Positions 52,145 through 62,425 of a stretch of DNA of 64,000 nucleotides are shown one piece after another. The first letter of the stretch is position 1. Each line of letters opens with the position of its first letter. The stretch comes from an uncultured Alphaproteobacteria bacterium. GTDB lineage: Bacteria > Pseudomonadota > Alphaproteobacteria > HIMB59 > GCA-002718135. Under the pieces are notes generated by a model. That model was not told the DNA's origin. It did not search any database and was given only the letters and a program-made list of their open reading frames with translations. The stretch covers positions 8,423 to 72,422 of the forward strand of contig CACBMH010000002.1 of NCBI GenBank assembly GCA_902539825.1, given 5' to 3'. The translations under genes and the position numbers were made by a program.

Positions 52145-53066
52145 AATATCTGGTGTCTTTAGTGCTGCACTAACACCTATTAAAAGTGATTTATCGATCA
52201 ACAAAGATCTCTATCTTCGTCATTGCCAATATTTAATGAGACAAGGTCATGACGGTCTTGCCATTTTTGGTACAACAGGTGAAGCAAATAGTTTTTCTGT
52301 TCAAGAAAAAAAAGATCATATAGATTTTTTAATTTCAAATAGAATAGATCCAAAAATTCTTATGCCAGGCACAGGATCATCTTCATTGAAAGAAGCAATT
52401 GATATGACAAAACATGCTTCCTCACATAAAGTAAGAGCAGTCCTTTTATTACCACCATTTTATTATAAGAATGTTACAGATGAAGGAGTAATTAACTATT
52501 ATCGTCATTTAATTGAAAATGTTGGTGATAGTGAACTTCATTATGTTTTATATCACATACCGCAAAATACATATGTTCCCATAAGTTTCAAAACTATTGA
52601 AACACTATTAAAATTGTATCCAAATAATATTGTTGGTTTAAAAGATTCAAGTGGTGACGGTGAACGTATGATGAAAGTTATAAAATATTTCAATAATTTT
52701 TCAGTATTTTGTGGTCATGATAGTTTAGCATTAAGCATAAGCAAAAGGGGAGGAGCTGGAGCAATTACTGCAGGTACAAATGTGTGTGGAAAATTACTTA
52801 GCTTTATTTTGAAAAATTATAAAAATGAAAATTCATTTAAAAATTTTAATGAATTACAGAACCTTTTAGAAAAAATAAGACAAGTGATTACGACACATGA
52901 ACCTATTAGTTTAATGAAGGCTTATTTTTCCATTGTAGATAATATTTCTGAATGGAATAATGTATTACCACCATTAAAAAAAATTGATGATCCTGAAAAT
53001 CATAAACTTGTTTTAATATTAAATGAGTTGGTAAAAAAAATAGATCCGTTAATAGCGAATACGTGA
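52137..53066 (+). CDS. DapA/N-acetylneuraminate-lyase family class I aldolase (specific substrate unclear)
   Basis: GTTGEANS, YHIP, GLKDSSGD (Schiff-base Lys) motifs. Confidence 0.7.
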   Translation: MHKISGVFSAALTPIKSDLSINKDLYLRHCQYLMRQGHDGLAIFGTTGEANSFSVQEKKDHIDFLISNRIDPKILMPGTGSSSLKEAIDMTKHASSHKVRAVLLLPPFYYKNVTDEGVINYYRHLIENVGDSELHYVLYHIPQNTYVPISFKTIETLLKLYPNNIVGLKDSSGDGERMMKVIKYFNNFSVFCGHDSLALSISKRGGAGAITAGTNVCGKLLSFILKNYKNENSFKNFNELQNLLEKIRQVITTHEPISLMKAYFSIVDNISEWNNVLPPLKKIDDPENHKLVLILNELVKKIDPLIANT

Positions 53067-53408
53067 GTTAAAATATTTTTTTGCTTGAGTTGCGATTAAA
53101 TTTTGGACAGGTTTTAAAAAGACAGCAAAACCAATACAATCAGTAAAGAAACCAGGAGTAATTAATAGTAATCCTGATACTAATAGAAAAATACCCCCTT
53201 TAATTTCTTCGGTGGGCATTACACCTTGTGATAAGTTTCGTTGTGCATCAAATAATAATTTGATCCCTTGTCTACGAACAAGAAATATTCCCACTAAAGC
53301 GGTGGTTAGTATAATTGCAATAGTATTTAAAATTCCAATATTGGAACCGATTGTAATAAAAATACTTATTTCAATTATTGGAATAATAATAAACGCTAGG
53401 AAAATCAC
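53049..53408 (-). CDS. fxsA: FxsA-family inner-membrane protein
   Basis: IIEISIF...GLLLITPGFFTDCIGF pattern of FxsA. Confidence 0.8.
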   Translation of the reverse strand: MIFLAFIIIPIIEISIFITIGSNIGILNTIAIILTTALVGIFLVRRQGIKLLFDAQRNLSQGVMPTEEIKGGIFLLVSGLLLITPGFFTDCIGFAVFLKPVQNLIATQAKKYFNSRIRY

Positions 53409-54409
53409 TAACGTACTATACCAGTTTTTTCATCCTGAATGTTTTTTTCTATTTTATTCTCAAATTCTCTTAATCTTTTATAGACACTAGCCAGTTCAAT
53501 AATTGTAGGCCATGCTCTGAATAAATATTGTAGTGAGCCTTCCACTCTTCCAAAAGCTCTTATAATTTGTTGCATAACACCAAGCGTCATTACACCCGCA
53601 ACAATTGCTGGTGCTAAAAAAATATACGCTGCAAGAACGTTAGCTTGTAGATAAGCCAATCTTCCAATACTAAAATAGAGATAATACAAATAACTCTTGA
53701 AATGAATTTCTCTTACACCTTGAAAAAGTTCTTCTAAAGATTTAGGTCTAATGCTTCCATCATCTTCAGCAATAACCAGAATTTTTCTATAAGCAGCCTC
53801 TTTTTTTTGAAGATCGTATTCAATGCCAACTAATCTTAATAACCAAGCTAACACAATCATTAAAATCGTGCCTCCTACAGCCCATATAAATGCTCCAGAT
53901 ACTAAACCATACTGCCAGTCACCAAACCATAAGATAGGTATACCAACTGAAAGAGTCATTAAGAGAGGGAAGAACTCTACAAGCACAAGAACAGATTCAA
54001 TTAAGCTTGTTCCAAGTCCTTCCATAATTCTACTAAACTTAATTGTATCTTCCTGAACCCTTTGACTTGCACCTTCAATGGTTCTTGCTTGATCATAAAC
54101 ACTATGGTACCACTCAACCATTGCTGTTCTCCATCTAAAAAGAAAATGTGAAGTTAGGAATGAAATTGCTAGCCCTAATGCAATTGAAATAGCAGCAAGT
54201 TGAGCAAAACTAAATAACGCACCCATATATTCTTGCATAGTTATGGCATTTGGTGTTCCAAGAGCTTTTTGGATCATGTCATAAAATTCACCAAACCATT
54301 CGTTGATCTGAACATCAATCTGAACTTGAACCCATATTGAGGTAAGTATTACTATAGAGCCTACATAAGCCCATATGTACCATTTTGGTTCAGTGAAAAA
54401 TTTAAACAT
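53408..54409 (-). CDS. SbmA/BacA-family transporter (short form, no ATPase domain)
   Basis: FRWRTAM.EWY......IEGASQRVQEDT..F and AYRK.LV..EDD closely follow E. coli SbmA. Confidence 0.8.
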   Translation of the reverse strand: MFKFFTEPKWYIWAYVGSIVILTSIWVQVQIDVQINEWFGEFYDMIQKALGTPNAITMQEYMGALFSFAQLAAISIALGLAISFLTSHFLFRWRTAMVEWYHSVYDQARTIEGASQRVQEDTIKFSRIMEGLGTSLIESVLVLVEFFPLLMTLSVGIPILWFGDWQYGLVSGAFIWAVGGTILMIVLAWLLRLVGIEYDLQKKEAAYRKILVIAEDDGSIRPKSLEELFQGVREIHFKSYLYYLYFSIGRLAYLQANVLAAYIFLAPAIVAGVMTLGVMQQIIRAFGRVEGSLQYLFRAWPTIIELASVYKRLREFENKIEKNIQDEKTGIVR

Positions 54410-54460
54410 TTAGTATATATAGACTGAATTATTATTTAAGAAAGAAGCTGTAAGTATTAA

Positions 54461-54544
54461 TTATTTCTTCTTTTGACGCCTTTTATTTCTTCTATATTTA
54501 GAGCCTCTTTTGCGTCTACCTCTATGTTTTTTTGGATATCCCAT
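54461..54544 (-). CDS. possible 27-aa highly basic peptide MGYPKKHRGRRKRGSKYRRNKRRQKKK
   Basis: ATG-to-TAA ORF co-directional with both neighbours; 17 of 27 residues are K/R; no SD motif; could be chance. Confidence 0.25.
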   Translation of the reverse strand: MGYPKKHRGRRKRGSKYRRNKRRQKKK

Positions 54545-54586
54545 AATCAAGATACGGTATACAAAAATAAAAAATTAAGTCAAAGA

Positions 54587-55474
54587 CTAATAATGCCAAT
54601 CTTTAGCTTCATTAAATAAAAAATCCCTAAAAACTTCAAGTCTTCTATCGTTTTTAAAAGATTCAGAATAAACAAAGTATGTTTGATAAGACGGTCCTTC
54701 TAAGTTAGGTAGAACGCGTACAAGCTGAGGTTTATCTGCAACCATGTAATCAGGCAAAGATGCTAAACCACCACCTTTTTCAATTGCAAGTGACATCGCG
54801 TAAATACTATTTACTCTAAATTTAGGTCGTCTTTTTGTTCCTTCTTTTCCAATTTTTAGTATCCAATCAATATTTGAAACAGGAGACGGCAACCCAGCTC
54901 CAAAGCAAATTAAATCATGTTTATCTAAATCATTTACATTTCTTGGTATTCCACTTTTCTGTAAGTAATCTGAAGAACCATAAATGTGGTTATGGAAATT
55001 AACAAATTTTTTAAAAATTAAATTTGCTTGCGTTGGTTTCTTTACTCTAACTGCAACATCAGCAACTCTTGCAGATAAATCAACTTCCTCGTCACTCATT
55101 ATTAAATTTACATCTATCTCTGGGTATTGATTAGCAAATTTGGTTATTCTTGGTGTTAACCATGCTGATCCAAAACCAACAGTTGTACTAACTGTTAATT
55201 TACCTACTGGTTTAGTTTTTTTATCTAATAATTTTTTTTCAAAATCAGAAATTGAAAAATTAATTTGATTTACAGTATTAAATAAATTTTCACCTTGCTC
55301 AGTTAACCTGACACCTTTTTGATGCCTTATAAATAAAGGTGTCTTTAAATCATATTCAAGATCCTGAATTTGTCTACTAAGCGCAGATTGACTTATATTA
55401 AGTTTTGCACTTGCTTTAGAAATACTTCTTAAGATTGCAATTTCGTAAAATGATTTTAATTTATCCCAGTCCAT
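54587..55474 (-). CDS. LysR-family transcriptional regulator
   Basis: N-terminal wHTH (SISKASAKLNISQSALSRQIQDLE) plus LysR substrate-binding domain. Confidence 0.85.
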   Translation of the reverse strand: MDWDKLKSFYEIAILRSISKASAKLNISQSALSRQIQDLEYDLKTPLFIRHQKGVRLTEQGENLFNTVNQINFSISDFEKKLLDKKTKPVGKLTVSTTVGFGSAWLTPRITKFANQYPEIDVNLIMSDEEVDLSARVADVAVRVKKPTQANLIFKKFVNFHNHIYGSSDYLQKSGIPRNVNDLDKHDLICFGAGLPSPVSNIDWILKIGKEGTKRRPKFRVNSIYAMSLAIEKGGGLASLPDYMVADKPQLVRVLPNLEGPSYQTYFVYSESFKNDRRLEVFRDFLFNEAKDWHY

Positions 55475-56121
55475 TATCTTAAAGAATTTATAATTTCATT
55501 ATAGTTATCTTGATTTTGAGTTAATAAATAAGATCCAACTGCTAACACATTAGCTCCATTATCTTTACATATTTTTGCATTTTCAATATTTACTCCACCA
55601 TCAACGGCTATCTCATAGTTATAATTATTATTTTTTCTAATTTCATCTAAATCTTTAATTTTTTGCACTTGATCATGCATAAATTTTTGACCACCAAAAC
55701 CAGGTGTGACTGTCATAACTATTATTTGTTGGACTTTACTAAATAAATGATCAATATCTGTAATATTTACCTTAGGGTGAATGGCAATTCCTGCTTTAAT
55801 TTCAGCATCACTTATAATTTTAATAATTTCTTCTGGGTTATCATCAGCTTCAGGATGAAAAGTAATGATATCTGAACCCGCTTCTACAAAGTCATTAATA
55901 TATTGCTTTACTGGTTTAATCATAAGATGCACATCTAAAATTTTAGAGGTAATCTTTCTTAATGATTTAACTATATTTGGTCCAAAAGTAATATTGGGGA
56001 CATAATGGCCATCCATGATATCTATATGAATATAATCAGCGCCATTGAGGTCTAAAGATCTAACCTCTTCTTCTAATTTAAGAATATCCGCTGATAATAT
56101 TGATGGTGAGATTTTTATCAT
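55474..56121 (-). CDS. rpe: ribulose-phosphate 3-epimerase
   Basis: SILSAD, HIDIMDGHYVPN, VMTVTPGFGGQKF motifs. Confidence 0.9.
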   Translation of the reverse strand: MIKISPSILSADILKLEEEVRSLDLNGADYIHIDIMDGHYVPNITFGPNIVKSLRKITSKILDVHLMIKPVKQYINDFVEAGSDIITFHPEADDNPEEIIKIISDAEIKAGIAIHPKVNITDIDHLFSKVQQIIVMTVTPGFGGQKFMHDQVQKIKDLDEIRKNNNYNYEIAVDGGVNIENAKICKDNGANVLAVGSYLLTQNQDNYNEIINSLR

Positions 56122-56159
56122 TTATAAAGAGATATATAATATATAAATAAACATTCATA

Positions 56160-56504
56160 ATGAATTCTATCACAGAAAAACCTTGGGGATCATTTGAGAT
56201 ACTAAAGTCGGGTAAAAAATTCCTAGTAAAAAAAATTTTTGTAAAACCAGGAGGAGTTTTATCTCTTCAAAGTCATGAACATAGATCTGAGCATTGGATT
56301 GTAGCCGAAGGTGAGGCTGAAGTCACAATTGACAAAAAAGTAATTAATTTAAAAGAAAATGAGAACATTTTTATTCCTAAAGGGGCAATTCATAGAATGG
56401 CTAATATAAAAGATCGTGATTTAGTTATTATAGAAATGTGGTACGGTGATAATCTTGATGAAAATGATATTAAAAGATACGAAGATATTTATGAAAGAAT
56501 TTAA
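56160..56504 (+). CDS. cupin protein resembling the type II phosphomannose isomerase C-terminal domain
   Basis: EKPWGSFEIL, LSLQSHEHRSEHWIV, IPKGAIHRMAN cupin motifs. Confidence 0.7.
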   Translation: MNSITEKPWGSFEILKSGKKFLVKKIFVKPGGVLSLQSHEHRSEHWIVAEGEAEVTIDKKVINLKENENIFIPKGAIHRMANIKDRDLVIIEMWYGDNLDENDIKRYEDIYERI

Positions 56505-56887
56505 TGCTTATTAATACTCCTATTTCGCTTGGTGAACTTGTAGATAAAATTTCTATATTAATTATTAAACAGAAAAATATAACTGATGAAACTAAGCTTG
56601 ATCATGTCAAAAAAGAATTAGATTTTCTCCAAAAAACATTAATGAATTATGTTAAACAAGAAGAAATAAATAATTATTTAGAAAATTTGATAAATATTAA
56701 TTCTAAACTTTGGAATATAGAAGACGATATTAGAGAATGTGAAAGAAAAAAATTATTTGATCAAACATTTATTGATCTAGCTAGAAGTGTCTATTTTACC
56801 AATGATGAAAGAGCAAAAGTAAAAAATGATATAAATAAAACCTTTGGTTCTGAATTAGTGGAGGTAAAATCTTATGAGGAATATTAA
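56504..56887 (+). CDS. conserved-looking hypothetical helical protein
   Basis: 127-aa ORF, TAATG overlap with the cupin gene; no confident family assignment. Confidence 0.4.
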   Translation: MLINTPISLGELVDKISILIIKQKNITDETKLDHVKKELDFLQKTLMNYVKQEEINNYLENLININSKLWNIEDDIRECERKKLFDQTFIDLARSVYFTNDERAKVKNDINKTFGSELVEVKSYEEY

Positions 56888-57925
56888 TTAATAAATTCTC
56901 GAGACACTTTTTGAAACAAGAGATACTAATTTTTCTTTGTAAATGTTATCTTTGAATATATCAACTGAGTCTACAGCTACATTTGAAAAGTGATTTGCTC
57001 TTGTAAGAGTGTCTTCAATACATTGATATTTATTAATTATTTCTAATGCCATTTCAAAATCACCATCATTTTGGTTAAGATCAGATATTGTTCTTTCCCA
57101 AAATTTTTTCTCTTTATCATTTGATCTTCCGTATGCTAATATTATTGGAAGGGTAATTTTACCTTCTTTAAAATCATCTCCAGTATTCTTTCCTAATATT
57201 TTTTTGTTTGAGGAATAATCAATAGCATCGTCAATTAATTGAAAAGTCATGCCAAAGTTTGTTCCAAATGATTTTAATGCATTAACCTCAGCTTCTGTTC
57301 CAAGAGCACTAATTGATCCAACTTGACATGCTGCACTAAATAAAGAAGCAGTCTTTGCGTTTACAACTTCAAAATAAATATTTTCATTTATTTCTAAATT
57401 TTTATCATTAGCAAGTTCTAAAACCTCTCCTTCAGAAATTACAACACTAGTATCAGCTAATATTTTTAATGTTTCACTATTGCCATATTTAGTCATTAAT
57501 TGGAAAGCCCTACTGAATAAAAAATCACCAACTAATACACTTGTTTTATTTTTCCATTTCTCATTTGCTGTAGGTTTTCCTCTTCTTTGTTTACTTTCAT
57601 CTATTACATCATCATGTAATAGTGTTGCTGTATGAATAAATTCTACTGCTGCAGATAGACCGATATGATTCATTTTATTTTCAATTTCACTAGTTTCATT
57701 TCTTGTCATATGAAAACTTGAAACAGTTAAAAGAGGTCGTAATCGTTTTCCCCCTGATAAGATAAGGTATTTTCCAACTTCATGAACTAAAGGTACATTA
57801 CTATCTAATTTATCAAGGATTATGGTATTTACTGATACCAAATCTTCTTTACATAGATCTGTCAATTCTCTGATTTCATTTTCAAATGAAAAATCTTTTT
57901 TTCTAAGTGGAAGAACGTTATCCAT
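56888..57925 (-). CDS. ispB: long-chain polyprenyl (octaprenyl-type) diphosphate synthase
   Basis: LLHDDVIDES and QLIDDAIDY aspartate-rich motifs. Confidence 0.85.
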   Translation of the reverse strand: MDNVLPLRKKDFSFENEIRELTDLCKEDLVSVNTIILDKLDSNVPLVHEVGKYLILSGGKRLRPLLTVSSFHMTRNETSEIENKMNHIGLSAAVEFIHTATLLHDDVIDESKQRRGKPTANEKWKNKTSVLVGDFLFSRAFQLMTKYGNSETLKILADTSVVISEGEVLELANDKNLEINENIYFEVVNAKTASLFSAACQVGSISALGTEAEVNALKSFGTNFGMTFQLIDDAIDYSSNKKILGKNTGDDFKEGKITLPIILAYGRSNDKEKKFWERTISDLNQNDGDFEMALEIINKYQCIEDTLTRANHFSNVAVDSVDIFKDNIYKEKLVSLVSKSVSRIY

Positions 57926-58054
57926 ATTATCTAACTATTAGAATATTATGTTAATTCATTAACTTAATTGACGCACTTAAACTCTAATTACTAAAATTAC
58001 AAACAAATGCTACATAACACTTTAAGAAAAGATTAACATTTGTTATTAGATATT

Positions 58055-58870
58055 ATGTTTAAAAGGTTATTTTCGAAGAGCACTACAATACCGGTTTTAC
58101 GTTTATCTGGAATTATATCATCACAGTCAGGCTTAACAGGCTCTGGTTTATCAATCAATAATTTAGAAAAGTTAATTGATAAGTTATTTGCTGATAAAAA
58201 ATCTCCTGTTGTAGGTTTAGTCATTAATTCACCTGGAGGCTCTCCTACACAATCCTCTTTAATAGCAAAAAGGATCATTGATCTGGCAGAGGAAAAAAAC
58301 AAAAAAGTTTTAGCATTCGTTGAAGATGTTGCAGCTTCTGGTGGTTATTGGTTAGCATGTGCTGCTGATGAAATATATATTGATCAAAACTCTGTTATTG
58401 GATCAATAGGGGTTATTTCACCAGGTTTTGGTTTTGTTGATCTTTTAAAAAAAGTTGGAATTGAAAGAAGAGTGTATACATCTGGAAAAAGTAAAAGTTT
58501 TCTTGACCCTTTCAAAGAAGAAAAACAGGAAGACATTGATAGATTAAAAAATATTCAAGAACAAATTCATGATAATTTTATTAATTATGTAAAAGATAGA
58601 AGAGGTTCAAAACTCGATCAGAATAAATTAGATGACATCTTTTCTGGTTTATTTTGGGTTGGTAATAAAGCTATCGATTTAGGTTTAGCTGATGGTATTG
58701 GTGCAATAAAACCAATTTTAGAAGAGAAGTTTGGAAAAAAAATTAAAATTAAAATAATCAGTCAAAAAAAATCATTTTTACAACGTAGGTTTTCTTCTTC
58801 AATATTTAATTCTGATGAGATTTTAAATAAAATTGAAGAACGTATTATGTTTTCTAGGTTTGGTTTGTAA
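58055..58870 (+). CDS. sppA: S49-family signal peptide peptidase (SppA/SohB-like)
   Basis: INSPGGSP and AASGGYWLACAADEIY motifs; a TTG at 58040 is an alternative start. Confidence 0.8.
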   Translation: MFKRLFSKSTTIPVLRLSGIISSQSGLTGSGLSINNLEKLIDKLFADKKSPVVGLVINSPGGSPTQSSLIAKRIIDLAEEKNKKVLAFVEDVAASGGYWLACAADEIYIDQNSVIGSIGVISPGFGFVDLLKKVGIERRVYTSGKSKSFLDPFKEEKQEDIDRLKNIQEQIHDNFINYVKDRRGSKLDQNKLDDIFSGLFWVGNKAIDLGLADGIGAIKPILEEKFGKKIKIKIISQKKSFLQRRFSSSIFNSDEILNKIEERIMFSRFGL

Positions 58871-59031
58871 TGAAATTTCTAGTTTTAGTTGTAATTTTAG
58901 CTTCTATTTTATTATTTTTAAGATTTAAGAAAAAAAAACAAGACAAATTCACTAATAATAAAGTAAATAATGACTCAGTAATCGATTTAGAGAAAGATCC
59001 AAGAACGAAAGAATATAAACCAAAAGATTAA
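58870..59031 (+). CDS. putative small membrane-anchored protein (53 aa; below the ORF-track cutoff)
   Basis: ATG overlaps the sppA stop (TAATG); N-terminal TM helix [15 protein letters not shown] then a charged tail. Confidence 0.4.
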   Translation: MKFLVLVVILASILLFLRFKKKKQDKFTNNKVNNDSVIDLEKDPRTKEYKPKD

Positions 59032-59038
59032 GAGTTAT

Positions 59039-60400
59039 ATGACTGCACAAACAATGGAAGAGTTAGTTTCTCTTTGTAAAAGAAGAGGTTTTCTATTTCA
59101 ATCAAATGACATCTATGGTGGTATTAAGGGGTTATATGATTATGGACCAATGGGAGTTGAATTCAAAAATAATCTTAAACAAGCTTGGTGGAAATCAATG
59201 GTATATGAACGAGATGATACCGAAGGTTTGGATGCCTCAATTTTAAGTTCTCCAGTAGTTCTAAAACATTCAGGCCATGAAGATACTTTTACCGATCCTC
59301 TGGTTGATTGTCGGGCATGTAAGTCAAGGTGGAGAGCAGATCAATTATTGGAAAATAACAAATGCCCAAATTGTAAATCAGAAGATCTTACTGAGCCAAG
59401 ACCTTTTAATTTAATGTTTAAAACTGCAATTGGGCCAGTAGATGATGGTTCGTCATTCGCATATTTAAGACCAGAAACGTGTCAGCAAATTTTTACTAAT
59501 TTTAAAAATATATTAGATTCAACTTCTAGAACTGTTCCTTTTGGTATCGCACAAATGGGAAAAGCTTTTAGAAATGAAATTACACCTCGTAATTTTATCT
59601 TTAGAGTTAGAGAGTTTGAACAAATGGAATTAGAGTTTTTTGTTAAACCAGGAACTGATGATGAATGGCATGAATATTGGATAAATAAGAGAATAGAATG
59701 GTGGGTTAATCAAGGAATAAAAAAAGAAAATTTAAAAAAAATTGAAGTAGAAAAAAATGAATTAGCTCACTACTCAAAAAGAACTGTTGATATTAATTAT
59801 GTGTTTCCTCATGGAGAAGAGGAACTAGAAGGAGTAGCCAATAGAACTGACTTTGACTTAGGTTCTCATACTAAAAATCAAAACGATTTCAAAATTACAT
59901 CGGAAGTTATGAAAAACTTTTCTTCAACGACAAAACTAGCTGTCCAAGATTTAGAAGAAAAAAAATGGTATATTCCTTATGTCATTGAGCCATCAGCTGG
60001 TGTTGATAGAGGAGTTCTTGCTTTGTTAAATGAAGCTTATCGTGAAGAAAATGTAGATAAAGACAATAAAAGAATTCTTTTATCTCTAAAACCTCATCTT
60101 TCACCTATTAAAGCTGCAGTTATTCCTCTTAAAAAGAATAATGATGATTTAGTTAATTTATCTAAAGAAATAAAATCTAATCTGCAGACATTGGGATTGG
60201 GTAGAGTTGTTTTAGAAAATTCAGGAAACATTGGTAAGAATTATAGAAGACATGATGAAATAGGAACACCAATTTGTTTAACTGTTGATTTTGAATCTCT
60301 AGAAGATAAAAGTGTTACTGTCAGGGATAGGGATACTATGAAACAGGAAAGAGTTTCTATAGAAAATTTATCTGAATATTACAAAAAATATTTCAATTAA
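59039..60400 (+). CDS. glyQS: glycine--tRNA ligase, single-chain alpha2 type
   Basis: class II aaRS motifs, CRAC...CPNC insertion, C-terminal anticodon-binding domain; resembles GlyQS of Gram-positives. Confidence 0.85.
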   Translation: MTAQTMEELVSLCKRRGFLFQSNDIYGGIKGLYDYGPMGVEFKNNLKQAWWKSMVYERDDTEGLDASILSSPVVLKHSGHEDTFTDPLVDCRACKSRWRADQLLENNKCPNCKSEDLTEPRPFNLMFKTAIGPVDDGSSFAYLRPETCQQIFTNFKNILDSTSRTVPFGIAQMGKAFRNEITPRNFIFRVREFEQMELEFFVKPGTDDEWHEYWINKRIEWWVNQGIKKENLKKIEVEKNELAHYSKRTVDINYVFPHGEEELEGVANRTDFDLGSHTKNQNDFKITSEVMKNFSSTTKLAVQDLEEKKWYIPYVIEPSAGVDRGVLALLNEAYREENVDKDNKRILLSLKPHLSPIKAAVIPLKKNNDDLVNLSKEIKSNLQTLGLGRVVLENSGNIGKNYRRHDEIGTPICLTVDFESLEDKSVTVRDRDTMKQERVSIENLSEYYKKYFN

Positions 60401-60409
60401 TAAAATTGC

Positions 60410-61558
60410 ATGAAAAAAGTTAGTGATATTCATGCAATAAAAATTATTTTTTTTATAACTGCTAGTTATGTAGGTTTATGGGCTATTAGGATACCTACCA
60501 TAAAGGATCAACTTCAAACTGATTATGTTGGTGTTGGATATATTATGTTATCCTTTGCAATTGGATCAATCGTTGCAATGATTTTTGCAAATGCTCTTAT
60601 TCTTAAAACTTCTACAAAATCTATTTTAACATGCACCTTAATTGCGGAAGGTTGTTTGTGGTTGCCAGTACCTTTCATTGAAGAGTTATGGCTTTTTATG
60701 GTTTTCTCATTTGTTTTTGGTATGAGTTATGGTGCATTCGAAATAGCATGTAATGTCTATGCATCAAATTTAGAAATTAGAGAAAAAAAATCTATGATGT
60801 CAGGATTTCATGCATTTTGGAGTCTTGGTGTTTTATTTGGTTCCTTAATTACAAGTTTTTTACTAGAGTGGAATTATTCTTTTATTTTTAATATACTTTT
60901 GTATGTCATCATTCTTCTTCCTTTGAGTTTGTATTTTGTCCTCTGTTTAGAATCACAAGTTGAAACAAAATCGGAAGACTCCAGTAAAAAAAATATATTT
61001 TTTATTTGGCCCTTACTTATTTTTTTGTTGGCATTAATTGCAATGGCAAACGCTTTAACGGAAGGAAGTGTTGATGCATGGGGGGCTCTCTATATGAGAG
61101 ATTTTATTCAAGTTGATGGTTTCTATATCGGCTTAGCAACTCTAAGTTTTAATATTTTTATGGTTATCGGAAGATTTAGTGGTGATTGGGTAAGAGATAA
61201 AATCGGGGTTTTTCTTTTGATTTTCTTTTTATTTTTATCGACGATTACAAGTTTAATAATTTTATCTAATTTCAGCAGTATTTATGCAGCTATTATTGGT
61301 TTTTCATTATTAGGTATCGGAGCATCCTCAATTGTTCCTATCGCATATAGTTTAGCTGGAAAAATTGAGGGAATTGACAGTGGAGTAGGGATAACAATAA
61401 TTTCAATTGCAGTTTACGGAACATTTATAGGGGCCCCAGCTTCATTAGGATTTATTGCAAACAACTATGGAATTAATAATATATTTATTCCAATGCTAAT
61501 AATTTTTATAATTTTAATAATTCCAATAAGTTTTTATAGAAAAAAATTTTCAGTTTAA
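60410..61558 (+). CDS. MFS-family transporter
   Basis: about 12 predicted TM helices in two bundles; substrate unknown. Confidence 0.6.
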   Translation: MKKVSDIHAIKIIFFITASYVGLWAIRIPTIKDQLQTDYVGVGYIMLSFAIGSIVAMIFANALILKTSTKSILTCTLIAEGCLWLPVPFIEELWLFMVFSFVFGMSYGAFEIACNVYASNLEIREKKSMMSGFHAFWSLGVLFGSLITSFLLEWNYSFIFNILLYVIILLPLSLYFVLCLESQVETKSEDSSKKNIFFIWPLLIFLLALIAMANALTEGSVDAWGALYMRDFIQVDGFYIGLATLSFNIFMVIGRFSGDWVRDKIGVFLLIFFLFLSTITSLIILSNFSSIYAAIIGFSLLGIGASSIVPIAYSLAGKIEGIDSGVGITIISIAVYGTFIGAPASLGFIANNYGINNIFIPMLIIFIILIIPISFYRKKFSV

Positions 61559-62380
61559 AAAATCAAAAGATAATGAATCATTAATTACTAAATTTTGATT
61601 TTTATTTTTTAAATCATTAACAAAATTAATATTTAATGCTGCAAAAATATTTGAATTTGCTTTTGATACAATTGTACCTATTTTTTTATTATCTACTATC
61701 AACTCATCTCCCTCTAGCACATCTCCACTTTTTATTTTTAAAGCGTAAAGTTTTTTCTTGAGTAATCCACGGTATTTCATTCTTGCAGTAATTTCTTGAC
61801 CAACATAGCATCCCTTATTCCAATCAATAGCATTTAAATTATCAAAATTATTTTCTAATAATAAAGATTTATTTTCTAAAATATCAATTGGTGAATAGGG
61901 TGTTGTATGATTAATTAATATTTCATGATATTCTATTTCATTAATTTCTTTAAATCTCTCTTTTTTGATTAAAATTTTTTTATCCGTTATAAGTTTTTTA
62001 CCTAAGTTTATATTTCTAGGATCATTTAAGTAAACATTATAATCACCTTCATAATCTATATTAAATAATGAATAAGAATTTAGATTATTAATTTCTTTAA
62101 TTTCTATTTCAGAGCGAAGTTTATAAATTTTTAATCGTCCTAATAAATTACTATAAAATTTATCATTAGTTTCAAAAATATAGTTTTCATTTGTATTGAA
62201 TACAAAAAAATCTGCTAAAAATTTACCTTGAGGTGTTAATAGACATGAATAAATAATTGACCCATCGTTACATTTTTCAATGTCATTAGTAATTAAATTT
62301 TGAATAAATGATTTACTATCTTTTCCAGAAATCTCAAAAAATCTTGAATTCTGATGATGAAAAAAGTATTTATCTTTCAT
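61550..62380 (-). CDS. ygfZ: YgfZ/GcvT-like folate-binding protein
   Basis: C-terminal KGCYVGQEITARMKYRG signature. Confidence 0.75.
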   Translation of the reverse strand: MKDKYFFHHQNSRFFEISGKDSKSFIQNLITNDIEKCNDGSIIYSCLLTPQGKFLADFFVFNTNENYIFETNDKFYSNLLGRLKIYKLRSEIEIKEINNLNSYSLFNIDYEGDYNVYLNDPRNINLGKKLITDKKILIKKERFKEINEIEYHEILINHTTPYSPIDILENKSLLLENNFDNLNAIDWNKGCYVGQEITARMKYRGLLKKKLYALKIKSGDVLEGDELIVDNKKIGTIVSKANSNIFAALNINFVNDLKNKNQNLVINDSLSFDFLN

Positions 62381-62425
62381 AATTATCTAAATATATATTG
62401 AATATATTAAAAGTGTAATATTTCT

